Part shown: positions 62,508 through 64,000 of the stretch, one piece after another
How positions within the stretch are numbered: position 1 is the first letter of the stretch
How the letters are laid out: each line of letters starts with the position of its first letter
From: Tubiluchus corallicola
Lineage: Eukaryota > Animalia > Priapulida
Direction of reading: 5' to 3'
Assembly: GCA_030141605.1 (NCBI GenBank)
Contig: JAQGDQ010000087.1
Span: 124,001 to 188,000 of the forward strand
Length of the DNA stretch: 64,000 nucleotides
Notes under the pieces: generated by a model
Database searches by the model: none
Told to the model about the DNA's origin: nothing
Seen by the model: the letters and a program-made list of their open reading frames with translations, nothing else
Made by a program: the position numbers and the translations under genes

Positions 62508-64000
62508 TTCATACATATGATGCGTACATAATCAAAAACTCAAGAAGAGTTTTTTTTAAAGTTTTATTTTTGAACTATTTTCTTGTGCTTTGTGTTACAC
62601 AAAAATACCTTGCGCTTGAGGATTTTATCTTGTGCGCTCATCATACTTCTAATTGAGAATTGATGCAGGGCGCGGAGTGCTATGTGTTGTTACATCTGCG
62701 TGATGTTGCCTTTATTGATCTAATTTCAAATTTCTTTGGCGTTGATTGAGCAAAGATTAAATGTGTATTGATGTAGCAAGTCCCTGAGCTGAAACCGGGA
62801 AAAGGTGAAGGAAGCCCTGTTGTTGTAAAAGTAGTAAGTGACCATTGGTTGTTAGTTAAGGGCGAGTTATGCCACATGTCAATGTCAAAAGAAGTTTACG
62901 TCTGTTTTGTACTTTCTCGTTAAAGGATAGCTGCTGCATAGGCAATTGTTGAGACCAGAGGCCTTTTCCGACTGCTTTGTGTTGAAATAAATTTTCAACG
63001 TTTCTCGTGCAAATTAGATAATGTGGCTTATACCGTGTGTCAATGTACGATTTAATTCACAGAATAATAAGGTTTTTGTTTATATAATTTGTTGTTAGGT
63101 GGCATTTTACGTATTGTCTCTGATTTTCATTAATCAGTTCAAACCAACTGCAAACATGTTATAATTTTGAAACACGCTATTCAAACATTAAGATCACATT
63201 TACCAGTGCTCACAGAAAGTTGATTTACAAGCGTTTGGCATATATAAAACGAATTTATTGCCTATGCTTCGGGAATTAGTTTAAATTTTCATTAAAATTG
63301 ATGGTGTATCGGTGGAAAGTGCGTGTTTTCTTCTGGCCGCAGATTTGTGTCAACATTTCGTATGATTGATGCTCCTTCAAAATGCAATTTATGATAGGCT
63401 GAGGATTGTTTGTGTGCCTAGTAAAACGTTGTGTACATAAAGGCAAGCAGTAATTGCATTAAATTAGCATTAGGGATTTGTTTGTTGGGCTAGACTGATC
63501 GCGCGTGTTACTGCAATGATTTCCACGAGCATCTTAAAACTAATGAAATGGCTTGACTTTTGATTAGGCAGGCGGTTTACCGCTGCTGTGAAGCAAAAGA
63601 TACGAATTTTATGAACGAATCTTAAAACATAAACCTCGAATTTCGAACGCATATGCACTGTAATTATGCACTCGCTTTAGGGTTTAGCTTGAGACCTAAA
63701 TTTAAAGGCCCAAATAATTAGAATAAGGCCGCACACAATAATTTAAGTCATTGTATACATATGTCAATAGACTGCATATCATTGTGATTATCATATCAGC
63801 CTTTACTTTAGCTTTTGTTTTTCATCAGCAAGTCAAATTCGCCAAGATTTGATGTAACTGGAGATTTGTTTAACTTCCTCTTCCGCTAATAAACTTTTAA
63901 AACACTTTATGATTTCACGGGTTTCACTTTCATTTTGCATGAAAGCTTTTCTTGTTCTGTTTGGGCAGTCGTATTATGTTTACCTTTGCATATAAAGTCG

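Larger units (their letters stand above)
8304..64000 (+). other. Very long Liprin-alpha intron (>55 kb, runs off the window)
   Basis: The expected next exon (EFATLTKEL...) was not seen in the ORF track or by reading the remaining sequence, which is repeat-rich and non-coding. Confidence 0.8.

Overview
AT-rich eukaryotic (very probably arthropod) genomic DNA, not prokaryotic. The only confidently identifiable gene is the 5' end of Liprin-alpha on the + strand. It has a probable promoter/5'UTR exon near 5.7-6.1 kb and coding exons at 6545-6646 and 8154-8303, followed by an intron longer than 55 kb that runs off the window. That intron carries non-autonomous DNA transposons (Kolobok-like x4, Tc2/pogo-like, Harbinger-like), decayed transposase relics, 5S- and tRNA-derived SINE remnants, and micro/minisatellites. 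The strongest unexplained signals are: (i) a textbook recursive-splicing site, polyY-CAG|GTAAGT at 42161/42162, with a second donor 85 nt downstream; (ii) a 2.9-kb fold-back with ~640-bp arms just after coding exon 2; (iii) a candidate alternative first coding exon at 56747-56857 in the correct phase; (iv) a chain of consensus minus-strand exons suggesting a divergent spliced non-coding or 5'UTR transcript from the same promoter. Apart from ORF 8157, which overlaps exon 2, I could not assign a function to any ORF in the supplied track.
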